Below are positions 1-9,798 of a stretch of DNA of 64,000 nt, piece by piece (position 1 is the first letter of the stretch; each line of letters starts with the position of its first letter). Source of the stretch: Anaerolineales bacterium (GTDB lineage Bacteria; Chloroflexota; Anaerolineae; Anaerolineales; E44-bin32); NCBI GenBank assembly GCA_035281845.1, contig DATEVL010000082.1:12728-76727 (forward strand). Direction: 5' to 3'. A program made the translations under genes and the position numbers. Below the pieces are notes generated by a model. The model was not told the origin of the DNA. It worked only from the letters and a program-made list of their open reading frames with translations, and searched no databases.

Positions 1-1
1 G

Positions 2-1228
2 GCGAATGGCCTGGCCGATCCGTCGGCGATCTTCCCCGGGATGCGGTTGGTGCTGCCCGGGTTCGAGGGTATCAGCGGCGTCCTCGAGACCAGACCAGTG
101 GATCTGGGGGAGAACCTGGTCAGCCTGGGCTTGAAGCACCACACACCGCCCGAGAGCTTGGCGCGGCTCAATCGCATCGCCAATCCGTCGCGCTTATATG
201 TCGGTCAGCCGTTCATTGTCCCGGTCGAGCAGGGCGAGGATCAGCCCTTGAACGTCACCCTTGTCCAACCACCCCCGGGGACCTCCGCGCTGGAGATGGC
301 CGTCCAGGTCGGGGCCAACCCGTGGATCCTCGACGGCCTGAACGGAGCGAGCTCACGACTTTGGCTGTCGGCGGACGAGCCGCTCTTCGTCCCAGGCGGC
401 GACGAATTGCCGCGTGCGTTACCCGCCTCGATAGGCTCGGTGTCTATCGAGCCCGAACAACCCGGGCAAGGTCACACTGCGATCTTGAGCGCGGACCTCT
501 TCGAGGACGGAACCCTGGCTGGAAACCTCGGCAACCGGCAGCTCAATTTCGAACCTGAGCCGGAGGATTCCCTGAAGCGGGTGGCCCTGCAGGGGATCCA
601 CGCCCTGGCAGAACCGGGGCTGGTGGACCTGACTCTCACGTACACGCCTTCCGGCGAAGGGGCGCCCTTCACCTTCATGCAGCCGGTCCGCATCCGGGAA
701 GAGGATTACCCCCGGGAAGCATTGACCGTGCCAACGGAGACGCTCGACCCGGCCAATACTGTCCCCGAGGATCAGCAGGTGGCGGCCTTGCTCGCGCCGG
801 TGACCCCGGAGAAGATGTGGGATGGTCCGTTCCTGTTTCCGGCGGACTATCACGAGACCTTCCCGTCACAGTTCGGAAGCCGAAGAAACTACAACGGCAC
901 CGGATGGAACTCCTACCATACCGGGCTGGACCTCTATGGCAGCACGGACACCGAGATCCACGCCCCGGCCCCCGGCGTGGTCGTATTCGCCGGCCCGTTA
1001 ACCGTGCGCGGTAACACGACCTACATCGATCATGGCTGGGGCGTCTATTCGGGGTACTTTCACCAGTCGGAGATCTTCGTCCAACCGGGAGATCCGGTCG
1101 AGCCTGGGGACCTGATCGGGATGGTCGGAGGGACGGGACGCGTGACCGGGGCGCATCTCCATTGGGAGATCTGGGTGGGCGGGGTCCCGGTGCAGCCGCT
1201 GGATTGGACGGAGACGTCCCTGCCGTGA
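2..1228 (+). CDS. LysM-domain M23 family metallopeptidase (5' partial)
   Basis: Frame is open from the window edge (ANGLADPSAIFPGMRLVLP, a LysM end). A second LysM-like segment (LARLNRIANPSRLYVGQ) follows, then M23 motifs YHTGLD, HGWGVYSGYFH and HLHWE. Confidence 0.88.
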   Translation, partial: ANGLADPSAIFPGMRLVLPGFEGISGVLETRPVDLGENLVSLGLKHHTPPESLARLNRIANPSRLYVGQPFIVPVEQGEDQPLNVTLVQPPPGTSALEMAVQVGANPWILDGLNGASSRLWLSADEPLFVPGGDELPRALPASIGSVSIEPEQPGQGHTAILSADLFEDGTLAGNLGNRQLNFEPEPEDSLKRVALQGIHALAEPGLVDLTLTYTPSGEGAPFTFMQPVRIREEDYPREALTVPTETLDPANTVPEDQQVAALLAPVTPEKMWDGPFLFPADYHETFPSQFGSRRNYNGTGWNSYHTGLDLYGSTDTEIHAPAPGVVVFAGPLTVRGNTTYIDHGWGVYSGYFHQSEIFVQPGDPVEPGDLIGMVGGTGRVTGAHLHWEIWVGGVPVQPLDWTETSLP

Positions 1229-1245
1229 TCGGCCGAGGACGGAGC

Positions 1246-1488
1246 CTACTCCTGCCCTGCGCGGTACTCTTCCAATACCTTACGCGCTTCGGCCACGCGG
1301 TCCGACGTCACCAGAAGCTCCACCTGCCCAAACGCGCCGACACCGACGGAGTAGATCGATCCGGCGGCCTCCTGCGATAACATCGCCGGGATTCCATTCG
1401 CTTCGAGCAGCCCGCGCAGGACTTCCGCTTCGGCCCGGCTCAGGTCGCTGGCGATACTGACCAACGGGGCATTCTCGCCTGAAGTCAT
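1246..1488 (-). CDS. DUF2007-like small protein
   Basis: EAEVLRGLLEANGIPA...V.LLV...AR..LEE pattern. ATG at 1488 has TATACT 7 nt upstream. Confidence 0.7.
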   Translation of the reverse strand: MTSGENAPLVSIASDLSRAEAEVLRGLLEANGIPAMLSQEAAGSIYSVGVGAFGQVELLVTSDRVAEARKVLEEYRAGQE

Positions 1489-1539
1489 GGCCTGTAGTAT
1501 AATGCCCGCCCGCATCCGTACGCATCGCACGGCTTACCT

Positions 1540-3129
1540 TTGACCCCCGAGCTCGCACGCCCAATCGATTGGATTCGATTCGAGGTCGAAGACCGCGACC
1601 TGGAGGTGATCACCAACCTCCTGCTGGAGCGCGAAGTTCCCCTCACGACGGAGGAGATGTCTCACGCCGTCGTGGAACGAAGGCTGGCGCAGCAGGAAGC
1701 CATCTTCGCCGCGGGTGCTGCACCGGGGGCGCCCTACTTGCCTCGAGAGAGATACCCTGTCGGGGCCTCGGTCTTCTTCCCTGCCCTCGACGGCGCCGCC
1801 GGAGTCGTAGTCGCGGAGCGTGATGGGGTCAATCCTGATCTGGGATCTTTCAAAGTGATTCGCGTTCGATTCGGCCAGAACGGAGAGACGCGAGAGTTCG
1901 TCTCAGGCCTGGCGGACCACCGGCTGAACCACGTGGCCGAGGCGCCGCCGCCATCGGATGGCGCCGATGAGATCGAAGGTGTGCTGCAGCGGCATGGTCG
2001 AAGGATCGAAGAAGCTCTGGAACGACGCCTCAGCGAAACGCGTGAGATCGTTCGCATCGCCGGCCGCTGGTTCCCCTCCGCCTTGCTGGCGGAGATCCAC
2101 CAGGGACACCTCAATCTGGCGGAAGCCGTGCTCGATGTCAGCGGAGGGGGGCCGCTGCCGACCCCGGAGCTGCTGACTCACGTCGATCTCCCGGAGTCTT
2201 TCGATCCGGCTCTGGCGCAATTCTCGCTGGATTACGCCCTGCAGCAGGACGATCGTTTCGATGAGGTCGGGCCGGCCGGCCTGGTGTTATGGTACCTGCG
2301 TCGTCTGGAGCCGCCGGATGTCCTTTCCACTCCGGCGCGCCTCGAACCTGTAGCCGCCGAGGAAAGCCGCGTCGGCCTGACCCCGGAGCTGCTTTCCCTC
2401 GAGGCAAGTCTGGATGACGAGCACTCTCCCCTTCCGGTTCCGGACGAGGCGCCGCAGGAAGTCGTCCTCCCGCTGCTTTTTCCACACTGGCGCGCCGGGA
2501 CGCTTCCGCTCTCCGCCCGCCTTCGGCCCCTGTTCCCGACGGCCTATGAAGCGCCCCGCATCCGTTTCATCCTGGTCGATGGCCACAGCGGCGACCGTTT
2601 TCCCGGATGGGTCGTACGCGGTCCGCGCTACGTCTTCGGTCTGGCCGATTGGTACCGGCGCTACGAGGTCCCGGCCGGAGGGTTGATCAGAGTGCGGCGC
2701 GGAGAGGCGCCGGGAGAGGTCATCGTGGCTGCGGCGGAACGGCGGCGTCGCAACGAATGGATCCGCACGGCCATGGTGCGCCCGGACGGCTCGATCGGCT
2801 TCACGATGTTGAGGCAGCCGGTCGGCACGTCCTATGAGGAACGCATGATCGTCGGAGTGACGGATCCGCAGGCGCTTGATGCCGCCTGGCTGAATCGGCG
2901 ACTGCGCAAGGAGCCGCTCGAGCGTCTCGTGCAGGACGTGTTCCTCGAACTGGCGAAGCTCAACCCCCAGAGCGCGGTCCACGCCGAAGCGTTGTATTCG
3001 GGCGTCAATGTCCTGGCGCGGACTCCGCCGGCGGCCGTATTCACACAGCTGCAGAAGCGCCGCGTCTACCAGTACGTCGGCGACCTCTACTGGCGGTGGG
3101 CCGAGGGGTTGGAGGCCGCCTCCTCGTGA
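1540..3129 (+). CDS. Hypothetical protein, 529 aa
   Basis: Long ORF with globular protein-like composition and TTG start. TATAAT at 1498-1503. Stop overlaps the next gene's start (GTGA). Confidence 0.75.
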   Translation: MTPELARPIDWIRFEVEDRDLEVITNLLLEREVPLTTEEMSHAVVERRLAQQEAIFAAGAAPGAPYLPRERYPVGASVFFPALDGAAGVVVAERDGVNPDLGSFKVIRVRFGQNGETREFVSGLADHRLNHVAEAPPPSDGADEIEGVLQRHGRRIEEALERRLSETREIVRIAGRWFPSALLAEIHQGHLNLAEAVLDVSGGGPLPTPELLTHVDLPESFDPALAQFSLDYALQQDDRFDEVGPAGLVLWYLRRLEPPDVLSTPARLEPVAAEESRVGLTPELLSLEASLDDEHSPLPVPDEAPQEVVLPLLFPHWRAGTLPLSARLRPLFPTAYEAPRIRFILVDGHSGDRFPGWVVRGPRYVFGLADWYRRYEVPAGGLIRVRRGEAPGEVIVAAAERRRRNEWIRTAMVRPDGSIGFTMLRQPVGTSYEERMIVGVTDPQALDAAWLNRRLRKEPLERLVQDVFLELAKLNPQSAVHAEALYSGVNVLARTPPAAVFTQLQKRRVYQYVGDLYWRWAEGLEAASS

Positions 3130-3569
3130 GCTTTCCCACCGCGCCGCACGGCCTGCTCCGCCCGAGCCTCGAAACGAAGTTCCATATCGACTACGATTGG
3201 TGGCAGCGAGCCGACCGGGATCTGGAAGTCTTCCTGCAGGACTATCTTTGCCCGGAGCATCGGGCGGAGTTGGCGGAGATCGAGGGCGACCTGATCTTCG
3301 ATCACGTCGATCCGGATACAGGCGAAGTCCGCCAGATTGGGGGAATGCAACAGATCCTGATGACCCACTGCGCCCGGCAGCCGGGATACATCGATCCACA
3401 GAGCAGCCTGGTCGACGCCGTTTTCCGGCTCCTGCTCGCCTCCGGGAACACCCCCATCTCCTCCAGCGAGCTGGGCCAGCGTCTCAGCCGTCCGTCCCAG
3501 ACGATTCTCCGAACGCTCTCGGCCCCGCGAGTCTACAAGGGCATCCGCCCGATCCTCGAGGGCGGCTGA
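3126..3569 (+). CDS. Hypothetical protein with possible Zn ligands (CPEH, HC) and a C-terminal HTH-like segment
   Basis: GTG start overlaps the upstream TGA. C-terminus SSSELGQRLSRPSQTILRTLS resembles an HTH. Confidence 0.7.
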   Translation: MSFPTAPHGLLRPSLETKFHIDYDWWQRADRDLEVFLQDYLCPEHRAELAEIEGDLIFDHVDPDTGEVRQIGGMQQILMTHCARQPGYIDPQSSLVDAVFRLLLASGNTPISSSELGQRLSRPSQTILRTLSAPRVYKGIRPILEGG

Positions 3570-3572
3570 CAA

Positions 3573-3722
3573 GTCGTTAGTCATCAGTGACCAGTCATCA
3601 GTCACCAGTCGTCAGTGACCGGTCGTCAGCTATCGGGCATTGGCATTGGGGGAATAGTGGGTGGCTCAAGGGATCGGTGCCGGCCCGGGATCTCGATCCG
3701 CGACGACTGACCACCGACCACT
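3573..3722. repeat. Heptamer tandem array (GTCATCA/GTGACCA) with a short inverted partner (GACCACT) at about 3702-3722
   Basis: At least 8 degenerate 7-mers directly after the stop codon at 3569. Confidence 0.85.
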
Positions 3723-3724
3723 GT

Positions 3725-3753
3725 TTGACCGTCTATTGTGAATCGCCTAGAAT
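3725..3753 (+). promoter_or_regulatory. Sigma70-type promoter of tRNA-Arg
   Basis: TTGACC (3725-3730), 17-nt spacer, TAGAAT (3748-3753), 8 nt before the tRNA. Confidence 0.85.
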
Positions 3754-3761
3754 GAAAACCG

Positions 3762-3834
3762 GCCCCTGTAGCTCAATGGACAGAGCGCCGGACTTCTAAT
3801 CCGTAGGTTGTGCGTTCGAGTCGCACCAGGGGCG
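3762..3834 (+). tRNA. tRNA-Arg (anticodon TCT), CCA not encoded
   Basis: Acceptor stem GCCCCTG/CAGGGGC, D-arm TAGCTCAATGGACAGAGC, anticodon loop CTTCTAA, T-loop GTTCGAGTC. Confidence 0.97.
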
Positions 3835-3896
3835 CTGCAAGCAAAGCTCCCCGCCGGCTTCAAGCTTGCGGGGACCTTCTGTATTTGCCGTTGCCC

Positions 3897-5933
3897 CTAT
3901 CGACCTCCGCTCAAGAGCTTCGCCCTGCGCCAGGGCGCCGCGGTTTCCTGCTCGGCCACGATCTGGCGCAGGTCGTAGATCTCGTCCCGCAAGGCGGCCG
4001 CCTTCTCGAACTCGAGCCCTTCTGCCGCCATCTTCATTTGCTTCTCGAGATCACGAATCACTCGCGCCAGCTCGTCTCGTGGAAGATCCGCCGGCCGGCC
4101 GGCGCGGTATTCGCCGCGCGGCTCGGCGACGGCTTGCGCCGTGAGCTGGTTGGTCAGGTCGCGTACGGCCTTGACTACGGTTAGCGGCTCGATCCCGTGA
4201 TCCTGGTTGAACTGAAGCTGCTTGGCCCGCCGGCGATCGGTCTCGTCCAGCGCCCGCCGCATGGAATCGGTGATCTTGTCGGCGTACATGATCACCAGAC
4301 CGCTCACATTCCGGGCAGCCCGGCCGATCGTCTGGATCAACGCCTGCTCGGATCGGAGAAAGCCCTCCTTGTCCGCGTCCAGGATGGCGACCAACGAGAC
4401 TTCCGGCAGGTCCAGGCCCTCCCGCAGTAGATTGATCCCGACCACGACATCGTAGACTCCCAAGCGCAGATCCCGCAGGATCTCGACGCGCTCGATGGTT
4501 TCGATCTCGGAGTGCAGGTAGTGAACCTTGACCTGCATCTCGAGCAGATAGTCCGCCAGGTCCTCGGCCATGCGCTTGGTTAGAGTCGTCACCAGCGCGC
4601 GTTCGCCGACGGCGACCCGGCGCTGGATCTCCCCCACCAGGTCGTCGATCTGCCCGGTGACCGGGCGCACCTCGACCTGAGGGTCGACCAGGCCGGTCGG
4701 CCGGATGATCTGCTCAACCACTTGCGCCGCCCGCGCCAGCTCATACGGCCCGGGCGTGGCCGTGGTGTAAATGACCTGACCCGTGCGGGCCTCGAACTCC
4801 GGGAAGGAGAGGGGGCGGTTATCCAGCGCCGACGGCAGGCGGAAACCGTAGTCGACCAGCGTTTCCTTGCGAGTTCGGTCGCCGCCGTACATCCCGTTGA
4901 TCTGCGGCACGGTCATGTGACTCTCGTCGATGATCAGCAGGTAATCCGGAGGGAAGTAGTCGACCAGAGTCCACGGCGGCGAACCGGGCGGCCGTTCATC
5001 CAGGTGGCGCGAGTAGTTCTCGATCCCGCTGCAGTAGCCAACCTCGCGCAACATTTCGAGGTCGTAGCGTGTGCGCTGCTCGAGGCGCTGGGCTTCGAGC
5101 AGCTTGTCCCGGGCGCGCAGCCAGGCCAGGCGCTCGTCCAATTCGGCTTCGATGGCGGCCAGCGCCCCCTTGAGCTTCTCCTCCTCGGTGATGTAGTGCT
5201 TGGCCGGGTAGATGGCGACTTCACTGCGCTCGGCCAGGAGCTCGCCGGTGAGGGGGTCGAACTCGATGATCCGCTCGACTTCCTCGTCGAAGAAGCTGAT
5301 GCGGACGCCGTGCTGCTCGTAGGCCGGGATGACCTCCAGGGTGTCGCCGCGAACGCGGAAGGCGCCCGGCCGGAGCTGGGTGTCGTTACGCTCATACTGG
5401 CTTTCGACCAGTTGGCGCAGCACCGCATTGCGCCGGTAGCGCTGCCCGGTCTGGAGCTGCAGCACGACCCGGCCGTAGGCCTCCGGACTGCCGATGCCGT
5501 AGATGCAAGACACCGAAGCGACCACCACGACGTCCCGCCGTGAGATGACCGAGGTCGTCGTCGACAAGCGCAGCCGCTCGATCTCCTCGTTGACCTCGGT
5601 CTCTTTCTCGATATACAGATCGTGGCGGGGGACGTAGGCCTCCGGTTGGTAGTAATCGTAGTAGGAGACGAAGTATTCGACGGCGTTGTTGGGAAAGAAC
5701 TCCCGGAATTCGGCATAGAGCTGGGCCGCCAGCGTCTTGTTGTGGGCCATCACCAGAGCCGGCCGCTGCACCTGGGCGATGACGTTCGCCATGGTGAACG
5801 TCTTGCCCGTGGCCGTCGCGCCGAGCAGCACCTGGTGTTTGTCGCCGCGACTCAGCCCCGCGACGAGCTCGGCGATCGCCTCCGGCTGGTCGCCCATCGG
5901 GGAGTAGGGCGCGTGAAGTTCGAAGTCAGTCAT
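3897..5933 (-). CDS. uvrB: Excinuclease ABC subunit B
   Basis: [53 protein letters not shown]-terminal UVR domain ([11 protein letters not shown]). Confidence 0.99.
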   Translation of the reverse strand: MTDFELHAPYSPMGDQPEAIAELVAGLSRGDKHQVLLGATATGKTFTMANVIAQVQRPALVMAHNKTLAAQLYAEFREFFPNNAVEYFVSYYDYYQPEAYVPRHDLYIEKETEVNEEIERLRLSTTTSVISRRDVVVVASVSCIYGIGSPEAYGRVVLQLQTGQRYRRNAVLRQLVESQYERNDTQLRPGAFRVRGDTLEVIPAYEQHGVRISFFDEEVERIIEFDPLTGELLAERSEVAIYPAKHYITEEEKLKGALAAIEAELDERLAWLRARDKLLEAQRLEQRTRYDLEMLREVGYCSGIENYSRHLDERPPGSPPWTLVDYFPPDYLLIIDESHMTVPQINGMYGGDRTRKETLVDYGFRLPSALDNRPLSFPEFEARTGQVIYTTATPGPYELARAAQVVEQIIRPTGLVDPQVEVRPVTGQIDDLVGEIQRRVAVGERALVTTLTKRMAEDLADYLLEMQVKVHYLHSEIETIERVEILRDLRLGVYDVVVGINLLREGLDLPEVSLVAILDADKEGFLRSEQALIQTIGRAARNVSGLVIMYADKITDSMRRALDETDRRRAKQLQFNQDHGIEPLTVVKAVRDLTNQLTAQAVAEPRGEYRAGRPADLPRDELARVIRDLEKQMKMAAEGLEFEKAAALRDEIYDLRQIVAEQETAAPWRRAKLLSGGR

Positions 5934-5959
5934 CGGAGCGAATCATTCTAACACCCGCA

Positions 5960-6127
5960 GTGATGGTGACTGGCGATGGGTGACTGGCGATGGGTGGCTG
6001 ACGATGGGTGACTGGAGATTGGCGATTGGAGATTGGAGATTAGCGAGTTGCGACTGATGGTTAACAGAAGGTTTGGCTGAAGGCTGACCGCTGACAGCTG
6101 ACAGCTTGTTTCTGACCACTGGCCACT
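5960..6127. repeat. Composite heptamer array (GATGGGT/GATTGGA/GCTGACA) with a 61-bp core shared with 36076-36136
   Basis: Visible 7-mer periodicity. 6055-6115 matches the reverse complement of 36076-36136 at 56 of 61 positions. Confidence 0.9.
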
Positions 6128-6130
6128 ACT

Positions 6131-7195
6131 TCACGCCGTCACATAGATCGGGTTGCTGTAGATCCAGCCGCGTAACGCGCCGTGATGATACAGGTGCGCC
6201 TCGACCCGGTACGCGCCAGGTTGGGTGACGACCTCCACCGCGGCCATCGACCTGGACCAGTGCCGGACCGGAGTGCCGTTGCGCAGCAAGACCAGGTGGG
6301 CGGGGCGGGGTGTCCGGATTTGAAAAGTCACTCCCAGGCCGACCGACAGTCGCTCGCCCATCTCGGCCCTTCCCAAATGGCCCTGGGCCTGGAAGCGGAA
6401 ACCGCGCGTGGAGGCCGGCCAGTCACATCCGACAAAACAACGGCCATGACGAAGGGCGTGGAAGACCCGCCGGCGGTCCTCCTCCATTTCGCCATGGAGC
6501 GGTTCGTCGAGCAGGACGTGAGTGTTGACCGTCCGAAAGAGGAAGACTCCCGGCAGTATCGTCCGCCGCAGCGGGCCCAGCCGCCCGGGAAAGGCGTGAG
6601 CGTCAGCCCCGCCGATCGCCGTCAGACGCTGGCCCACGCCGAGAAGCGCGTCCCATCGCTGCAGCGTTTCGGCGAACGGGGCTCGAGCAATCCAACCGGG
6701 ATGGTACGCATACAGGGCCGCCCACAGCCGTGATCGCAGGAGGCTCTTGAATTCCGTCATGTAGTTCCAAATCTCGAGGCCCTGGTAACCCTCCACCTGC
6801 CAGTCGACCCACGACAGGTCGGTACCCGGGCGGGCCGGTGCGCCACGATCGAAAGGGTGCGCCAGGAAGGCCAGACCCCCGCTCTGCGCCACGGCTTCCA
6901 GGAGACGCGCCGGCTCGGTGGCCAGTGGCGCCAGCTCGCGCCGCGCTTCGTAAACCAGCAGATGATTCTTTTGCGGCTGCCGGGCCGGGTCGTGGATCTC
7001 CTCGCCGGTGACGAGCAACACTTGCCGGCCATGGTTGTAACGATAACCGTCGAAACCGTCGACCCAGACGTTGTGATCGGTCACAGCGACGACGTCCAGA
7101 CCGGCGCGCAACGCCTCCTGGGCGATCGTCTCGTGATCGGTCCAGCCGTCGGAGTAAACGGTGTGAGAGTGGAGGTTGGCGACGATCTCGAACAT
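6131..7195 (-). CDS. PHP-domain metallohydrolase (CehA/McbA-like)
   Basis: NLHSHTVYSDG, VTDHN, GEE, LAHPF, GGADAH, C-terminal YSNPIYV. Confidence 0.88.
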   Translation of the reverse strand: MFEIVANLHSHTVYSDGWTDHETIAQEALRAGLDVVAVTDHNVWVDGFDGYRYNHGRQVLLVTGEEIHDPARQPQKNHLLVYEARRELAPLATEPARLLEAVAQSGGLAFLAHPFDRGAPARPGTDLSWVDWQVEGYQGLEIWNYMTEFKSLLRSRLWAALYAYHPGWIARAPFAETLQRWDALLGVGQRLTAIGGADAHAFPGRLGPLRRTILPGVFLFRTVNTHVLLDEPLHGEMEEDRRRVFHALRHGRCFVGCDWPASTRGFRFQAQGHLGRAEMGERLSVGLGVTFQIRTPRPAHLVLLRNGTPVRHWSRSMAAVEVVTQPGAYRVEAHLYHHGALRGWIYSNPIYVTA

Positions 7196-7332
7196 GAACG
7201 CTGCCGCGGACGGGCCCGAGGATTATCGCACGAGAGGCGGGTCCACCGGCCAACATGGACGTGGCGCTGCCGGAGCTGCGCGCTGCGGGGCTTACGGACC
7301 GGACGGGGTGCGCAATCTCATCACCCCGTGAC

Positions 7333-7426
7333 GTGCTTGCGAGCCCCCGAAAGGGGGCGAAGCAATCTCCTCATTGGGGAGATTGCCACGCCGTCCCTCG
7401 GCGGCCTCGGGACGGCTCGCAATGAC
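7333..7426. repeat. REP-like cruciform palindrome (GTCATTGCGAGC type)
   Basis: Outer IR GTGCTTGCGAGC/GCTCGCAATGAC. Inner hairpins GCCCCC-GAAA-GGGGGC, GCAATCTCC/GGAGATTGC and GCCGTCCC/GGGACGGC. Confidence 0.85.
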
Positions 7427-7564
7427 GCGGTTGGACAAAGGGTCGCTGCTGCAAACCGGCCCGGCTCCCGATGCTCCAGGGCGTCTCGAGGGAAGGACGG
7501 GCAAGCTTCGCCGTCAAGGTGCGGCACCCGGCGAACCTGGTGAGGGGATTCGGCGCTAGGCGGC

Positions 7565-7948
7565 TTAGCTTGGAGAGCGGTGCGAGGGTTGAGGGGCGCC
7601 GATCGCGTTCCCGGGGGTGACCAGCTGAGCGCCGCAGAGGGCGCAGACCGCGATCAGCAGCTGGCGCTGCCCGGAAGTCAGCGGCGCCAGGTGGGTGACG
7701 ACGATCTGGAACCGCTCCTGCGTCAGACCCTCCAGCAGTTCGTTCCAGGCAGGTCCGGCCGGATGTTCGTCGACCATCCACTGAATTGACTTCGGGTCGT
7801 ACGGCCCCAACAGACCTTCGAGGCCGGCTTCCGTCTCTTGATCGGTCGCGAGCCAGGCAAACAACGGCCCGCTATCGGGCGACGAAAGCGGAGGCCGGTC
7901 AATCACATAGATGGCGATCGCTTGTGTCTTCGGAGAGGCGTCCAGCAT
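7565..7948 (-). CDS. Hypothetical protein, weakly like a serine-recombinase N-terminal domain
   Basis: AIAIYV...WNELLEGLTQERFQIVVTHLAPL...LIAVCALCGAQLVT parallels the resolvase topology. No RVS motif. Start uncertain. Confidence 0.55.
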   Translation of the reverse strand: MLDASPKTQAIAIYVIDRPPLSSPDSGPLFAWLATDQETEAGLEGLLGPYDPKSIQWMVDEHPAGPAWNELLEGLTQERFQIVVTHLAPLTSGQRQLLIAVCALCGAQLVTPGNAIGAPQPSHRSPS

Positions 7949-8146
7949 TTCTCGGTCACCTGTCGCTTTCTTCCACAATATCATACGTGAGTCGGCTAGG
8001 CAATCATCCGGGCTTCCGGTGAACGGGAGGTCAACGGATTGTAACGGGCCTGATACGCAGGCAGAACCGGCCTGTATCACAAACGCGGCGGGCCCACCAA
8101 GTTCTTCGCGGGCGTAGAATCGGCCGCGGCCGGTGCAAGGGAAACC

Positions 8147-8797
8147 ATGGTCCGCCTGCGTCTGATCGTAACGCTGTTACTTGCCACGACCAGCTGCGGG
8201 CAAGCCGACGTTCTAAGGCCGTCCCCCGTTCCCAAACCGACGACGACCCGTACCCCGTTCCTTCCAGGAGGGTTTGTCGGACTGCCCACGGTCGAAGTCC
8301 TGGCGACCGAGTCCCGAGGGTCAGACGATGTGCCTGTGCCGACCAGCGTCCTCATCGCTGCTGTGACGGAATCACCGACGGGGCCTGGCGAGCTGCTCGA
8401 TCTGCCAACCATCATTGAGACGATGAACCGGATTCGCGAGCGCGAAGGTGTACCGGGTCTTGTCAGCAGCCCCGACCTAGCCCGGATCGCGCAAGTTCGC
8501 TCCGAGGAGCTTTCCCAGACGCGGTCGCTTTGGCACGTCGATCCCTCATCAGGAACGACACCGGGGGATCGGATGGCGCAAGCCGGGTTCTCGGGCGCCC
8601 TTGCGGAGCATGTTATCGCCGTCAGCCTTGAGGCGGAAGACCCAGCCGGCACCGTGCTCCAGGCATGGCTCACCGATTCGTCCCACCGCCGCGACGTGCT
8701 GGACTCGCAATTCGCGTTGACCGGGTTGGGCCTGTCGGAAGACGGCCAATGGCGGTACCTGGTCCAGCTTCTGGCCGAGAAGGGACCGGGGACGTAG
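8147..8797 (+). CDS. CAP/SCP-domain lipoprotein
   Basis: Signal peptide with Cys (LLATTSC). NRIREREG...LARIAQVRS, H, AEHV, WLTDSSHRRDVL. Confidence 0.85.
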   Translation: MVRLRLIVTLLLATTSCGQADVLRPSPVPKPTTTRTPFLPGGFVGLPTVEVLATESRGSDDVPVPTSVLIAAVTESPTGPGELLDLPTIIETMNRIREREGVPGLVSSPDLARIAQVRSEELSQTRSLWHVDPSSGTTPGDRMAQAGFSGALAEHVIAVSLEAEDPAGTVLQAWLTDSSHRRDVLDSQFALTGLGLSEDGQWRYLVQLLAEKGPGT

Positions 8798-8848
8798 AGA
8801 TGCCCCTGCGGGCGTGCCTCGAGCCGGACGTCTTGTTCGAGCGACAAT

Positions 8849-8881
8849 AAACGGGCTGCGGGTTCATCCCGCAGCCCGTTT
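8849..8881. terminator. Probable bidirectional intrinsic terminator
   Basis: Perfect 14-bp IR AAACGGGCTGCGGG-TTCAT-CCCGCAGCCCGTTT between convergent genes. Confidence 0.8.
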
Positions 8882-8904
8882 CAGACATCCTTCGTGTGTT
8901 TGCT

Positions 8905-9537
8905 TTACCAGCGGTCGGGAGCCGGCGTAAGCATCCAGTTTCGCGTGTTGCGGTACTGCCCTGCGACCCCTACGACAAACAGCACCACATACGAAATCAA
9001 CCAGAAGGTTGAGTTCTGCATGGCGAGGCGGACCGTGGTGGCCCCGATGACGGCTTGAGGGACGACCCCGAACACAACCAGAAGCGTCCCGACGACGGCG
9101 CCCGCTCCGATCAGCGCCGTCCCGATGATGACGATCCACTTCTGGAGGTTGAGCATGATGACGGCCGCCGCCAGGGCCACGCCGGCCGCGACGCCAACCA
9201 ACCAGACGATCACGTCGCCCTGGATGCCGAGCACACCCATCAGCCCGACTCCCAGACCATAGCCGATCGAGGCTGAGAACAGGGCCACGGCGACGATCCA
9301 GAACAGGTACGACAGGACGGCGAAGACCGCCCCGACGATAAATCCAACGGCCCAGCTTGTCACGGAAGCCAGGAACCCGTATCCGAACAAGGCCTGAAGC
9401 GTTTCTGCTCCCAGAGCAAAGCCGAAGATGAAGCCCCAAATCGGCAGCAGGACCAGAAAGACCTTGTACCCATTGAGCAGGACGACCAGCCCGAAGATCA
9501 TAGCGATCAGCCCCGCGCACAACAGTTCGAACGACAT
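8905..9537 (-). CDS. DUF4203/TMEM198-like membrane protein
   Basis: About 7 hydrophobic segments, GYKVFLVLLPIWGFIFGF and TALIGA motifs, AAGGAGG RBS before ATG 9537. Confidence 0.8.
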   Translation of the reverse strand: MSFELLCAGLIAMIFGLVVLLNGYKVFLVLLPIWGFIFGFALGAETLQALFGYGFLASVTSWAVGFIVGAVFAVLSYLFWIVAVALFSASIGYGLGVGLMGVLGIQGDVIVWLVGVAAGVALAAAVIMLNLQKWIVIIGTALIGAGAVVGTLLVVFGVVPQAVIGATTVRLAMQNSTFWLISYVVLFVVGVAGQYRNTRNWMLTPAPDRW

Positions 9538-9798
9538 CTCTTCCTCCTTGACCTGATTTGTTGGATTGGGTGAGGGCCCTCCGGCGGACGGCTCTCCCGA
9601 CTGATGTAACCCTTCCGCCTTGGGGGAGTTGCGCGACCCCGGCCACGTGGACAGGCGGTATAATCCCCGCATTCCCCCCATATGTGCGAGTCCTCCCCCT
9701 TTGAACGAGCAAGGACCCGCCTGTGGGCTCCCCATCAGCCCTTATCGCACCCTCGGCCACCCCTTTTGGGCTGACCTTCCCTCGGCAGGGAGAGTCTG

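Noticed and set aside
3762..3834. tRNA-Arg as an integration site for an island or prophage
   Set aside because: No integrase is adjacent, I saw no duplicated tRNA 3' end, and uvrB follows directly.
5934..5965. LexA (GAAC-N4-GTTC) box upstream of uvrB or polX
   Set aside because: No convincing match was found upstream of either gene.
9540..9798. Riboswitch between the DUF4203 gene and sulP
   Set aside because: I recognised no aptamer consensus. An Rfam scan would be needed.
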